Of a DNA stretch of 64,000 nt, positions 29,930 through 39,317 are shown one piece after another; positions within the stretch are counted from its first letter, which is position 1, and each line of letters begins with the position of its first letter. The stretch is taken from assembly GCA_963716255.1 (NCBI GenBank), contig OY970303.1, positions 4,448,001 to 4,512,000 of the forward strand. Reading direction: 5' to 3'. This DNA is from an uncultured Gemmatimonadales bacterium. Its GTDB lineage: Bacteria > Gemmatimonadota > Gemmatimonadetes > Longimicrobiales > Longimicrobiaceae. The position numbers were made by a program, and so were the translations under genes. The notes under the pieces are model-generated. The model ran no database searches, was not told where the DNA came from, and worked only from the letters and a program-made list of their open reading frames with translations.

Positions 29930-30356
29930 CCTCCCCGCCCGGATCCTCCTGGACACGCACGTCTGGCTCTGGACGGTGAGCGGCGAGGTGGACCGCATGG
30001 CGCCCGCCGCCGTGGAGCAGGTCCGCCGCGCCGCGGCCCGGGGGCGGCTGCTGGTGTCCGCGATCTCGGTGTGGGAGGTGGCGATGCTCCAGGCCAAGGG
30101 GCGGATCGGGCTCGCCCTGGAGCTGGAGGAGTGGGTGCGGCGGGGGCTCGCGGCGCCCGGGCTGCGGCTGGCCGAGCTGTCGCCGGAGGTGCTGGTGGAA
30201 AGCACGCGCCTTCCCGGCGAGGTGCACGGCGACCCCGCGGACCGCATGCTGATCGCCACGGCGCGCCGCCTGGGCGCCTCCCTGGCGACCCGTGACGGGT
30301 CGATCCTGTCGTATGCCCGCGGCGGCCACCTGGCCGTCCTGGACGCCACCCCGTAG
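29922..30356 (+). CDS. vapC: VapC PIN-domain toxin
   Basis: LLDTHVWLW, SAISVWE, HGDPADRML, LATRD. Confidence 0.9.
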   Translation: MPDLPARILLDTHVWLWTVSGEVDRMAPAAVEQVRRAAARGRLLVSAISVWEVAMLQAKGRIGLALELEEWVRRGLAAPGLRLAELSPEVLVESTRLPGEVHGDPADRMLIATARRLGASLATRDGSILSYARGGHLAVLDATP

Positions 30357-30404
30357 CGGCGCCGGCCGGCTCCCCGGCCGGCAGTGGAACCACCCCCTCC
30401 ACCC

Positions 30405-30533
30405 GCGTAAGGGATTTCGGCCCGAAGGGGCGAGACCGCGCGGCTGTTTGCGCGGGCTCGACTCCGTTGGGCTGCGTTGTTTGCAGCCCTACGGAGCCGA
30501 AGCCCGACCCCGGCGCCAGCCGGGGGCACGCCC
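30405..30533 (+). repeat. family A copy
   Basis: Same frame. Confidence 0.9.
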
Positions 30534-30631
30534 GAACCACCAGTTCTGCAGTCCGTCTCCTTTCGTCACGGCACGACCCTTGTAAACCCCTTCACCCCTG
30601 AATCACTCTCAAGAGGGGGCAGGGAACAAGG

Positions 30632-32671
30632 ATGAGCACGACTGCGGACACGATCCGCCCCGCCGAGGACCGCCGCAACGTCACCACGGTCTTCATCGGC
30701 CTGATGCTGGGGATGCTGCTGGCGGCGGTGAGCCAGACCATCATCTCGCCAGCCATGCCGCGCATCGTGGCCGAGCTGGGCGGGATCGAGCACTACAGCT
30801 GGATCGCCGTGTCCACGCTGCTGGCCTCCACGGTGATCGTCCCCATCGTCGGCAAGCTTTCGGACCTGTACGGCCGCAAGGCGTTCTACGTGGCGGGGAT
30901 CCTGGTCTTCCTGGCCTCGTCGGTGATCGCGGGGATGGCGCGGGACTTCAACACCTTCATCGTGGCGCGCGTGGTGGAGGGGCTGGGGATGGGCACCATG
31001 ATGCCGCTCTCGCAGGCCATCATCGGCGACCTGATCCCGCCCCGGGAGCGCGGCAAGTACCAGGGGTACCTGGGAGGGGTGTTCGGGCTGGCGTCGGTGA
31101 TCGGCCCGCTGCTGGGCGGCTACATCACGGAGCACCTCACCTGGCGCTGGCTCTTCTTCGTGAACCTCCCGGTGGGGCTGGTGGCGCTGGGCTTCATCGT
31201 GCCCTTCATGCGGCTCCCGCACCAGCGGCGCCCCCACCGCATCGACTACGCGGGGTTCGTCACGCTGTCCGTGGGGCTCACGGCGACGCTGCTCGCCACC
31301 ACCTGGGGCGGGAGCACCTTTCCGTGGGCGTCGCCGCAGATCCTGGGATTGTACGCGCTGGGGGCGGTGTCCCTGGGGCTGTTCGTGTGGGCGGAGTCGC
31401 GCGCGGAGGAGCCGGTGATCCCGCTGCGGCTGTGGCGCAGCGGCATCTTCACCTTCTCCAACCTGGCCATCCTGTGCGTGGCCATGGCGATGTTCGGCTC
31501 CATCTACTTCATCCCGGTGTTCGTGCAGGGGGTGATCGGCGCCAGCGTGAGCCAGTCCGGGGCGGTGCTCACGCCCATGATGCTGTCGCTGGTGGTGATG
31601 AGCGCGGTGAACGGGCAGATCGTCTCGCGCACGGGGCGCTACAAGCTGCCGGTGCTGGTGGGGATCGCGCTGGTGGGGGTGGGCTTCTTCCTGCTCACGC
31701 GCATGGACCGGGAGACGGGGTACGGGGCCATCGTCCGCAACATGGTGCTGATCGGCGCGGGGCTGGGGATGGCGATGCAGACGTACGTGATCATCGTCCA
31801 GAACGCGGTGCGGCGGGAGGACCTGGGCGTGGCGACGGCGACCACGCAGCTCTTCCGCTCGGTGGGGTCCAGCGTGGGCGTGGCGGTGCTGGGGACGCTG
31901 ATGACGCAGGGGATGGCGCGGGAAGCGGCGCGGCACCTTTCGCCGGAGGTGCTGGGCGGGATGGCGGGGGGCGGCGAACTGGGCGCGGGATCCATCCTGG
32001 ACCCGGCGGTCATGGCGCGCCTCCCGGCGGCGGCGGTGGAGGGGCTGCGGGACGCGCTGGCGGCGGCGCTGCACCCGGTGTTCGTGGCGGGGCTGCCCTT
32101 CGTGGGGCTGGCCTTCCTGGCGACGCTGCTGATCCGCGAGATCCCGCTGCGCCGCACCACCGGGCCGGGCCCCGGCGAGGCGGGGCGCGAGGTGCTGACG
32201 GAGCTGTCGCAGGCGGGCGAGGACGACGGCGGGCCGGTGCTGGGCGCGCCCAACCCGGCGTACCGCGGGCGCGCGGGGTTCCTGGGGCTGGTGTACGCCT
32301 TCCTGGCGGAGGAGGCGGAGCGGGACGGGCGCGGCACGCTCCGCGAGGTGGTACAGAGGCTGGGCGGGGGCGACTTCGCGGAGGGGCGGGCGAGGCTCGG
32401 CCGGGTGGGCGCGGCGCTGATGCGGGAGTGCGGGGATGCGATGGGGGCTCCGGGGCTGGACCCGGTGCTCGAGTTCGAGCGGGCGCTGGCGGACCGGCCC
32501 CCGGAGCTGCGGGCGCACCTGCGGCTGCTGGTGGAGAACCCCGGCCACGCCCCCGAGGCCGTGCTCACGCCGGACGACCTGGAGGCGCTGGAGCGGATCG
32601 GGGTGGCGGCGAGCGCGGCGCTGCTGCTGGACCTGGCAGCGCGTCGGAGAGGGGAGGGCGGCGCAGGGTGA
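30632..32671 (+). CDS. DHA2/MDR-family MFS efflux transporter with C-terminal extension
   Basis: GKLSDLYGRK motif A, GPLLGG, WRWLFFVNLP, about 14 TM. Confidence 0.9.
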   Translation: MSTTADTIRPAEDRRNVTTVFIGLMLGMLLAAVSQTIISPAMPRIVAELGGIEHYSWIAVSTLLASTVIVPIVGKLSDLYGRKAFYVAGILVFLASSVIAGMARDFNTFIVARVVEGLGMGTMMPLSQAIIGDLIPPRERGKYQGYLGGVFGLASVIGPLLGGYITEHLTWRWLFFVNLPVGLVALGFIVPFMRLPHQRRPHRIDYAGFVTLSVGLTATLLATTWGGSTFPWASPQILGLYALGAVSLGLFVWAESRAEEPVIPLRLWRSGIFTFSNLAILCVAMAMFGSIYFIPVFVQGVIGASVSQSGAVLTPMMLSLVVMSAVNGQIVSRTGRYKLPVLVGIALVGVGFFLLTRMDRETGYGAIVRNMVLIGAGLGMAMQTYVIIVQNAVRREDLGVATATTQLFRSVGSSVGVAVLGTLMTQGMAREAARHLSPEVLGGMAGGGELGAGSILDPAVMARLPAAAVEGLRDALAAALHPVFVAGLPFVGLAFLATLLIREIPLRRTTGPGPGEAGREVLTELSQAGEDDGGPVLGAPNPAYRGRAGFLGLVYAFLAEEAERDGRGTLREVVQRLGGGDFAEGRARLGRVGAALMRECGDAMGAPGLDPVLEFERALADRPPELRAHLRLLVENPGHAPEAVLTPDDLEALERIGVAASAALLLDLAARRRGEGGAG

Positions 32672-32674
32672 GCC

Positions 32675-33754
32675 TCAGCGGGCCGGGAGCGTGATCCCGA
32701 GCGCGATGCCGCCCTGGCGGGCCGGGGCCACCGTCACCCCGGCCAGCGGCGGGAGGAGCACCCAGCGCTCCGTGCCGATCCCGTATCCCACGAGCCCGCC
32801 GGCCACCGCGCCCAGCGGCGCGCCGCCGAGCCCGGCGGCCCACAGGACGGTGCGCCCCACGTCGTCGTGCTCCACCACGAACTCGTCGCGCTGCGCGTTG
32901 TGGTAGGCGAGCGCTCCGATCGCCGCGGCGCCCACCACCGCCCCCACGGCCGCGCCCCGCAGGGTGGAGGCGGTGCGGGCGCGGCCGGCGCCGATCTCCA
33001 GCGTCCGCACCTCCGCCAGCGCCACCGCGGTCTCCCCGCGATCCCCCCGCCCGCGCAGGACCAGCGAGTCGCCGCGCACGCCGACGACGTGCCCCACCAC
33101 CGGCCGCGCCGCCGCGGACCCGCGCACCCGCACCAGAGCCCCGTCCGGTACGCCGGCCGGGAGGGTGACGGCCCCGGCCGGCGCCAGCGACGCCAGCGGG
33201 ACGGACACCCACCGCTCGGTGTCCGCCGCGATCAGCGCCCCGCCGACGGCGCCCACGGCGGTGGCACCCGCCCACACGAAGAACGCGGCGATGTCGCGGC
33301 CGGTCAGGCAGTCGCTGACCCTGCACGCCTCCTGGCCGGCGACCATCGCCGCGGCGGCGCCGTACCCGGCGAGCGCCCCGGCCCCGGTGCCGATCAGCGC
33401 CCCCCTGAAGGGGCTGTGCCTCCCCCGGGCCACCTCCAGCCGCGATACACCTGGGATGGGGAGCGAGACCGGCTCGTCCGCGCCCCGCGCCTGGAACACC
33501 AGCGTGTCGGCGCGCACCGCGACCACCCTGCCGATCCGGCGGTGCAGCTCCGCGGCGGTGACGCGCACGCGCTCGCCCGGCTGCACGGACGCGGGCCGCT
33601 GGGCCCGCAGCCCGCCCGCGGCGGAAACCCAGAGCGCGGCCGCCAGGACGAGCGTGCGGATGGGCCGGAGCCCCGGCCTGCGTCGAATCTCCAAGCTGCC
33701 CTTCACGGTTCGGGAAACAGGACGAACGGCACCTCCACGGCGGTCCCCCGGCAT
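32675..33754 (-). CDS. exported protein with duplicated (G.RVRV + Gly-zipper) modules
   Basis: Two repeats ending ERWV; translationally coupled (TGATG); start uncertain. Confidence 0.65.
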   Translation of the reverse strand: MPGDRRGGAVRPVSRTVKGSLEIRRRPGLRPIRTLVLAAALWVSAAGGLRAQRPASVQPGERVRVTAAELHRRIGRVVAVRADTLVFQARGADEPVSLPIPGVSRLEVARGRHSPFRGALIGTGAGALAGYGAAAAMVAGQEACRVSDCLTGRDIAAFFVWAGATAVGAVGGALIAADTERWVSVPLASLAPAGAVTLPAGVPDGALVRVRGSAAARPVVGHVVGVRGDSLVLRGRGDRGETAVALAEVRTLEIGAGRARTASTLRGAAVGAVVGAAAIGALAYHNAQRDEFVVEHDDVGRTVLWAAGLGGAPLGAVAGGLVGYGIGTERWVLLPPLAGVTVAPARQGGIALGITLPAR

Positions 33755-34938
33755 CACACCTTGATGAAGACCCGCCTGCGGTACATCACCCACGCCACCC
33801 CCACCCAGAACAGCACGAAGCACAGGGCGAAGGCGAGCGACGCGTCGAGCGGCGCCAGCCAGGAGGCGAACGCGTGCTCGTGGATCCACCCCTTGAGGGT
33901 GACGTCGCCCGCCGGGCCGGCCCACTTCACCAGCCCCAGGACGCGCGCCATGATCCCCGACAGGAAGAACACCGCGATGGCGTTCACCCCCAGCAGGACG
34001 AAGGGAAAGGCCCAGCGGCGGCGCCCCTTCACGTCCACCAGCCAGTAGCAGCCCGCGAGCGCGAGCAGCGCCGCCCCCGCGGTGAACACCACGTACGAGC
34101 TGGTCCACAGGTTCTTGTTGATGGGGAAGACGCGGTCCCAGGCGAGCCCCAGCAGGGTCGCCGCGGCGCCCGCGGCGAGCAGCCCCGCCGTTTTCCGGCC
34201 GGGGGACCGGGCGGACCGCAGCCACCGCCCGGCGAACACGCCAAGGAGCACCGTCGCCACCGCGGGGAGGGTGCTCAGCAGCCCCTCCGGGTCCCAGGTC
34301 TTCGACGACTTCCACAGGTGCGCCGTTCCCAGCACCGCGCGGTCCACGTACGCCGCCAGGTTGGAGTCCGGCTCCAGGCTCCCCGCGCCGGAGCCCGGCA
34401 CCGGCACCAGCTTCATCGCCGCCCAGTAGCCCAGCAGGAGCAGCACAGTGGCGGCCGCCTGCGCGCGCGGCCCGGTGAGCAGCACCGTCGCCGAGGCCAG
34501 CAGGAACGCGGTCCCGATGCGCTGCAGCACCCCGGGAATGCGCAGCGTCGCCGGGTCCAGGCCGTAGAAGGGGAACGCCGCCAGCGTCAGCCCCAGCAGG
34601 AACAGGATGGCCGAGCGCTTCGCCACCTTCCCCATCATCGCACCGCGGGTCGCGCCCTGATCCTCCTGCGCCGCAAAGGAAAAGGCCATCGCCACGCCCA
34701 CGATGAACAGGAAGAAGGGGAAGATCAGGTCCGTGGGCGTCCACCCGTGCCACTTCGCGTGCTCCAGCGGCGCGTACACGTGCGACCAGCTCCCCGGGTT
34801 GTTGACCAGCAGCATCCCGGCGATGGTGACGCCGCGGAACACGTCCAGCGACAGGAGCCGCCCGGGGGGCGCGGCGGGCGGCTCGGCCTCCGCCGGGCGG
34901 GGGGCCGGGGAGGGGGCCAGCGTGGAGGAGCGCGTCAT
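33754..34938 (-). CDS. HGSNAT/NagX-like membrane acyltransferase
   Basis: RLLSLDVFRG, HAKWHG, PGVLQRI, DPEGLLST, PINKNLWTSSY. Confidence 0.9.
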   Translation of the reverse strand: MTRSSTLAPSPAPRPAEAEPPAAPPGRLLSLDVFRGVTIAGMLLVNNPGSWSHVYAPLEHAKWHGWTPTDLIFPFFLFIVGVAMAFSFAAQEDQGATRGAMMGKVAKRSAILFLLGLTLAAFPFYGLDPATLRIPGVLQRIGTAFLLASATVLLTGPRAQAAATVLLLLGYWAAMKLVPVPGSGAGSLEPDSNLAAYVDRAVLGTAHLWKSSKTWDPEGLLSTLPAVATVLLGVFAGRWLRSARSPGRKTAGLLAAGAAATLLGLAWDRVFPINKNLWTSSYVVFTAGAALLALAGCYWLVDVKGRRRWAFPFVLLGVNAIAVFFLSGIMARVLGLVKWAGPAGDVTLKGWIHEHAFASWLAPLDASLAFALCFVLFWVGVAWVMYRRRVFIKV

Positions 34939-35141
34939 GGAATCCCTCGCGGGTGGGCGACGATGCACCAAGTTGGGGGTGCGCGGGCGGATGCGCAAAG
35001 GCGGCCTCCCGTCTCCTCCCGCCCCGTGGCGGCGATGAGGCTTGCCCGCCCCCCCTGCCGGCGCGCATCTTGTCTGCCGCAGGCCGCCGTTCCTTCCGAA
35101 GCACCCTCCCCAACGCACACACCGCCCCGGGATCCCGACCG

Positions 35142-36341
35142 ATGCAACCCGTACGCACGTCCATCGCGCTGGCTCCGCTCGCGCTCCTCCTGTGCGCCGC
35201 CGCCGCCCACGCGCAGACCCCCATCCGCGTGGGCCAGACCGTCGAAGGCCGGCTCACCGCCGAGAGCAAGAAGGCCCCGGAGGACCAGTCCTTCTACGAC
35301 CTGTACACCTTCACCGGCCGGGCCGGCGAGCGCGTCCGCTTCACCATGCGCTCCAAGGACTTCGACGCCTACCTCAACGTGGGGCGCAGCGACAAGAGCG
35401 GCGGCTTCGAGAGCCTGGACACCGACGACGACGGGGGCGGCGGCACCGACGCCCGGGTGGAGCTGACGCTCCCCGCCGACGGCGCCTACGCCATCCGCGC
35501 CAACACCCTGAACGCCGGCCCCACCGGCGCCTACACGCTCCAGGTGGAGCAGGGGGTCGCCCCGGCCCCGGCCGTGCTCCGGCCCATCGCCGTGGGTCAG
35601 ACGGTCACCGGCGACCTGGGGGGGAGCGACCCCAAGCTGGACGACAACTCCTACTACGACCTGTACACCTTCCAGGCGCGCGCCGGCGACGGCGTCACCG
35701 CCACCCTGCGCTCCTCCGCCTTCGACGCCTTCCTGGTGCTGGGCCGCATGCGGGGCGACGACTTCGAGGAGATCGAATCCGACGACGACAACGGCGGCGG
35801 GAGCGACGCGCGCGTCTCCGCCACCCTGCCCGAGGCCGGCACCTACACGCTGCGGGCGAACAGCCTGTACGGCGACAAGACCGGCGCCTACACCCTGCAG
35901 CTGGCCTCCGGCGTGGTGGAGAGCTCGGACGACGACGACGACGAGCACGGCGGCCACGACGACCACGGCACCGACGCCCGGCCGCTGCACCCGCAGGCGC
36001 GCGCCATCCGCGCCGGGCAGACGGTGCGCGACTCGCTGCGGGCCACCGACCCCGAGGACAGCGACGGCACCTACTACCAGGACTGGCTCTACACCGGGCG
36101 GGCCGGCGAGCGCATCGTGATCACCATGCGGTCCGCGGCGTTCGACTCGTACCTCCAGTTCGGCAAGGCCGGCGCGGGCACCTTCACCTACGTGGACGCC
36201 CAGGACGACCGCGGCGGCGGCAACGACTCGCTGATGGCCGTGGCGCTCCCCGAGGACGGCCAGTATGTGCTGCGGGTCAACACCATCTCCAAGGCCACCG
36301 GGCCTTATACGCTGAGGGTGGAGCGGCTGCGGGGCAGGTAG
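35142..36341 (+). CDS. secreted protein with three PPC (pre-peptidase C-terminal) domains
   Basis: Signal peptide; 3x YD.Y.F.G.AGE..FDAYL..DDD.GG..G.Y.L. Confidence 0.85.
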   Translation: MQPVRTSIALAPLALLLCAAAAHAQTPIRVGQTVEGRLTAESKKAPEDQSFYDLYTFTGRAGERVRFTMRSKDFDAYLNVGRSDKSGGFESLDTDDDGGGGTDARVELTLPADGAYAIRANTLNAGPTGAYTLQVEQGVAPAPAVLRPIAVGQTVTGDLGGSDPKLDDNSYYDLYTFQARAGDGVTATLRSSAFDAFLVLGRMRGDDFEEIESDDDNGGGSDARVSATLPEAGTYTLRANSLYGDKTGAYTLQLASGVVESSDDDDDEHGGHDDHGTDARPLHPQARAIRAGQTVRDSLRATDPEDSDGTYYQDWLYTGRAGERIVITMRSAAFDSYLQFGKAGAGTFTYVDAQDDRGGGNDSLMAVALPEDGQYVLRVNTISKATGPYTLRVERLRGR

Positions 36342-36360
36342 CGTTTTCGCTGGACGTCGG

Positions 36361-36398
36361 AAGGCCCCATCGCTTGCGTCTGCGGTGGGGTCTTTTTC
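36361..36398 (+). terminator. rho-independent terminator
   Basis: GGCCCCATCGC..GCGGTGGGGTC followed by TTTTT. Confidence 0.65.
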
Positions 36399-36435
36399 GT
36401 TTGGCAGGCTGTTACGGCTTTGGAACGACGGCTTT

Positions 36436-36866
36436 GGGCGTGCCCCCGGCTGGCGCCGGGGTCGGGCTACGCGCGGAGTAACGCACGATACGACCGTGCG
36501 TAACTCCGGCGAGCCCCGACGATACTGCCGTCGGGTCTGAGCAGCCGGGATGATGCTTGACACTTTGGACCGGGAGGATGCTTGACACTCCCTCCCGTTC
36601 CTACCAAGGACTTACGCTGTTTCTGACCAGAGAGCAGTGAGGGATCCCCTCAGTGCTACCCTCTCCTACGGCAGGGGGCAACACCGAGCAGCAGTGAGGG
36701 TTACCCTACCTAAGCATTCAGCAAAGCGCTTGGGATTCGATCCATTGCCTAGTCGCTGCGCCGAAGTCTCTCTCATCAGGGAGTGTCAAGCATCCTCCCG
36801 GTCTATTCTGTCAACCATCAACCCGGTCCATACCGTCTCGCCCCTGCGGGCGCGTATCCCTCACGC
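36436..36866 (-). repeat. family A copy (reverse) interrupted by MITE
   Basis: GGGCGTGCCCCC...GGGTCT [insert] GTCTCGCCCC..ATCCCTCACGC. Confidence 0.85.
36539..36834. mobile_element. non-autonomous MITE-like element
   Basis: 49-bp imperfect inverted repeats 36545-36593 / 36778-36826, each with 2 internal CCGGG..GATG.TTGACA units; GTCT duplicated at both junctions; no credible gene. Confidence 0.75.
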
Positions 36867-36999
36867 GATCGGTGTGCGGCGGCGGCGGGCGGGCGGTGCA
36901 TGTGGGGTGCGATACTTGCACGTCTGGCCGGCCTTTTCGGCGGCTCCGCTCGTCCCGGCACACCCGTCCGGCACACCGCTTTCCGGCTCCGGAGGACCC

Positions 37000-38850
37000 A
37001 TGCCCAGGCAACGTGCCCCGCGTCGCGCTCCCTCCGGCTCGCCCGGCACCGCCCCGGCCGCGCCGGCGCCGTCCTCGCGGGAGGGGATGGGTGCCGTCCT
37101 GTATCCCGGCGGCGTCGCCTTCCGGGTGTGGGCGCCCCACGCGGCGGACGTCTCGGTGGCGGGGAGCTTCAGCGGGTGGAAGGCGGTCCCGCTCGCGCGC
37201 GAGGAGGGCGGCCTCTGGTCCGCCGACGTGGCGGGGGCCAAGGCCGGCGACGAGTACCGGTTCGTGGTCCGCACCCCCGGCGGCGAGACGCTGTGGAGGA
37301 CCGACCCGTACGCCCGCGACGTGACCAGCTCGGTGGGGAACGCCTTGGTCGTGGACCCCGCCTTCGACTGGGGCGACCCCTCGGGGTACCGCACCCCGCC
37401 CTGGAGCGAGCTGGTCGTCTACGAGCTGCACGTCGGCACCTTCAACGACGCCCCGGGCGGCGCGCCGGGGAGCTTCGACAGCGTGGTCGCCAAGCTGGAC
37501 TACCTGCGCGACCTGGGGATCAACGCCATCGAGCTGATGCCCACCGCCGAGTTCGCCAGCGACTGGTCGTGGGGCTACAACCCCGCGTACATCTTCGCCG
37601 TGGAGTCGGCGTTCGGGGGGCCGGCGGAGATGAAGCGCCTGGTCAGGGAGGCGCACGCCCGGGGGATCGCCGTGATCCTGGACGTGGTCTACAACCACCT
37701 GGGCCCCAGCGACCTGGACCTGTGGGGGTTCGACGGGTGGAGCCTGGACGGCAAGGGGGGGATCTACTTCTACCAGGACTGGCGCTCCAGGACCCCCTGG
37801 GGCGACACCCGGCCGGACTACGGCCGCGAGGAGGTGCGGCGCTACCTGCGCGACAACGCGCGCATGTGGCTGGAGGAGTTCCGCATGGACGGGCTGCGCT
37901 GGGACGCCACCGCGTACATCCGCAGCGCCAATGGCGACGGCGACCCCGCGGGCGACATCCCCGACGGGTGGGCGCTGATGCAGGCCGTCACCCGCGAGAC
38001 CGACGAGCGCCAGCCGTGGAAGCTGCACGTCGCCGAGGACCTGCGCGGCAACGAGTGGATCACCCGCGAGGCCGCCGGGGGCGGGGCGGGCTTCGACACG
38101 CAGTGGGACGGCGACTTCGTGCACCCCGTGCGGCGGGCGCTCGTCGCGCGCCGGGACCACGAGCGGAGCATGGACGAGCTCCGCGCCGCCGTCGAGCACC
38201 GTTTCGGCGGCGACCCGCTGCGGCGCGTCGTCTACACCGAGAGCCACGACGAGGTGGCCAACGGCAGGGCGCGCGTCCCGCAGGAGATCTCCCCCGGCGA
38301 CCCCGGCGGGTGGCTCGCGCGAAAGCTTTCCACGCTGGGGGCGGCGCTGGTGTTCACCTCGCCGGGGATCCCCATGGTCTTCCAGGGGCAGGAGATCCTG
38401 GAGGACGAGTGGTTCCGCGACCAGGACCCGGTGGACTGGAGCAAGCTGGCGAAGCACGCCGGCATCCACCGGCTGTACACCGACCTCGCCCGGCTGCGCC
38501 GCAACGGGGGGGACCACACCCGCGGGCTGCGCGGCCCGCACGTGCGCGTGCACCACGCCAACGACGCCGACAAGCTCCTCGCCTTTCACCGCTGGGAGGC
38601 CGGCGGCCCGCGCGACGACGTGCTGGTGGTCGCCAACTTCGCCGACCGCGCGTACGACGCCTACGCCCTGGGCTTCCCGCGCGGGGGCGAGTGGAAGGTG
38701 CGCCTCAACTCCGACTGGGAGGGCTACGGCTTCGGGGGGCACCCCGCCTGGAGCGTGCACGCCGGCGGGCCGCCGCGCGACGGCATGCCGTGCAGCGGCT
38801 GCCTGAGCATCGGCCCGTACACGGCCGTGGTCCTGTCGCAGGACGGGTGA
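37000..38850 (+). CDS. GH13 alpha-glucan branching enzyme / TreZ-like glycosidase with CBM48
   Basis: FRVWAP, WGYNP, DVVYNH, DGLRWDA, AED, SHDE. Confidence 0.9.
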   Translation: MPRQRAPRRAPSGSPGTAPAAPAPSSREGMGAVLYPGGVAFRVWAPHAADVSVAGSFSGWKAVPLAREEGGLWSADVAGAKAGDEYRFVVRTPGGETLWRTDPYARDVTSSVGNALVVDPAFDWGDPSGYRTPPWSELVVYELHVGTFNDAPGGAPGSFDSVVAKLDYLRDLGINAIELMPTAEFASDWSWGYNPAYIFAVESAFGGPAEMKRLVREAHARGIAVILDVVYNHLGPSDLDLWGFDGWSLDGKGGIYFYQDWRSRTPWGDTRPDYGREEVRRYLRDNARMWLEEFRMDGLRWDATAYIRSANGDGDPAGDIPDGWALMQAVTRETDERQPWKLHVAEDLRGNEWITREAAGGGAGFDTQWDGDFVHPVRRALVARRDHERSMDELRAAVEHRFGGDPLRRVVYTESHDEVANGRARVPQEISPGDPGGWLARKLSTLGAALVFTSPGIPMVFQGQEILEDEWFRDQDPVDWSKLAKHAGIHRLYTDLARLRRNGGDHTRGLRGPHVRVHHANDADKLLAFHRWEAGGPRDDVLVVANFADRAYDAYALGFPRGGEWKVRLNSDWEGYGFGGHPAWSVHAGGPPRDGMPCSGCLSIGPYTAVVLSQDG

Positions 38851-38911
38851 GGGCACGGCGGCATCCCGCTTGCGCCGCGTCCGCTCCCCACCCCAACCAG
38901 GAGACGACGAC

Positions 38912-39175
38912 ATGGCCGGCTGCCCCGAGATCCGGATCGAAGGCGTGACGCGCGACGTGTGGAGCTGCCTGTGGCGCCGCGCGCGGGAGCTGAGCCTGGG
39001 CGCGCAGGAGACCCCGTCGGGGATGCTGGAGCACCGGGACGCGGCGGCGGCGTGGAGCTGGGACGAGGACACCGGGGTCCTGGTGATCGCCGTGAGCCGC
39101 ACGCCCTCCAGCACCGACTGCCGGTGGGTGGAGCAGCGCCTGCGAGAGACCGCGCGGGCGTGCGGCGCCGCCTGA
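38912..39175 (+). CDS. small hypothetical protein (87 aa)
   Basis: AGGAG RBS, GC3 bias. Confidence 0.6.
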   Translation: MAGCPEIRIEGVTRDVWSCLWRRARELSLGAQETPSGMLEHRDAAAAWSWDEDTGVLVIAVSRTPSSTDCRWVEQRLRETARACGAA

Positions 39176-39317
39176 GCGGCGCGCCCGCGCCCGGGGAACA
39201 GGGACCCGGACGCGGGCGTACGCAGGGCCGTACGTTTGCGGCCGGCGGACCGCATCCGCATACTGTCGCGGTCCACCCGCTCCGTTCCGCCGGCACGCCG
39301 ACCACCCACGGGAACTC

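Noticed and set aside
36731..36745. GGGATTCGATCC T-loop-like sequence suggesting a tRNA
   Set aside because: No cloverleaf, acceptor stem or D-arm; lies inside the MITE core.
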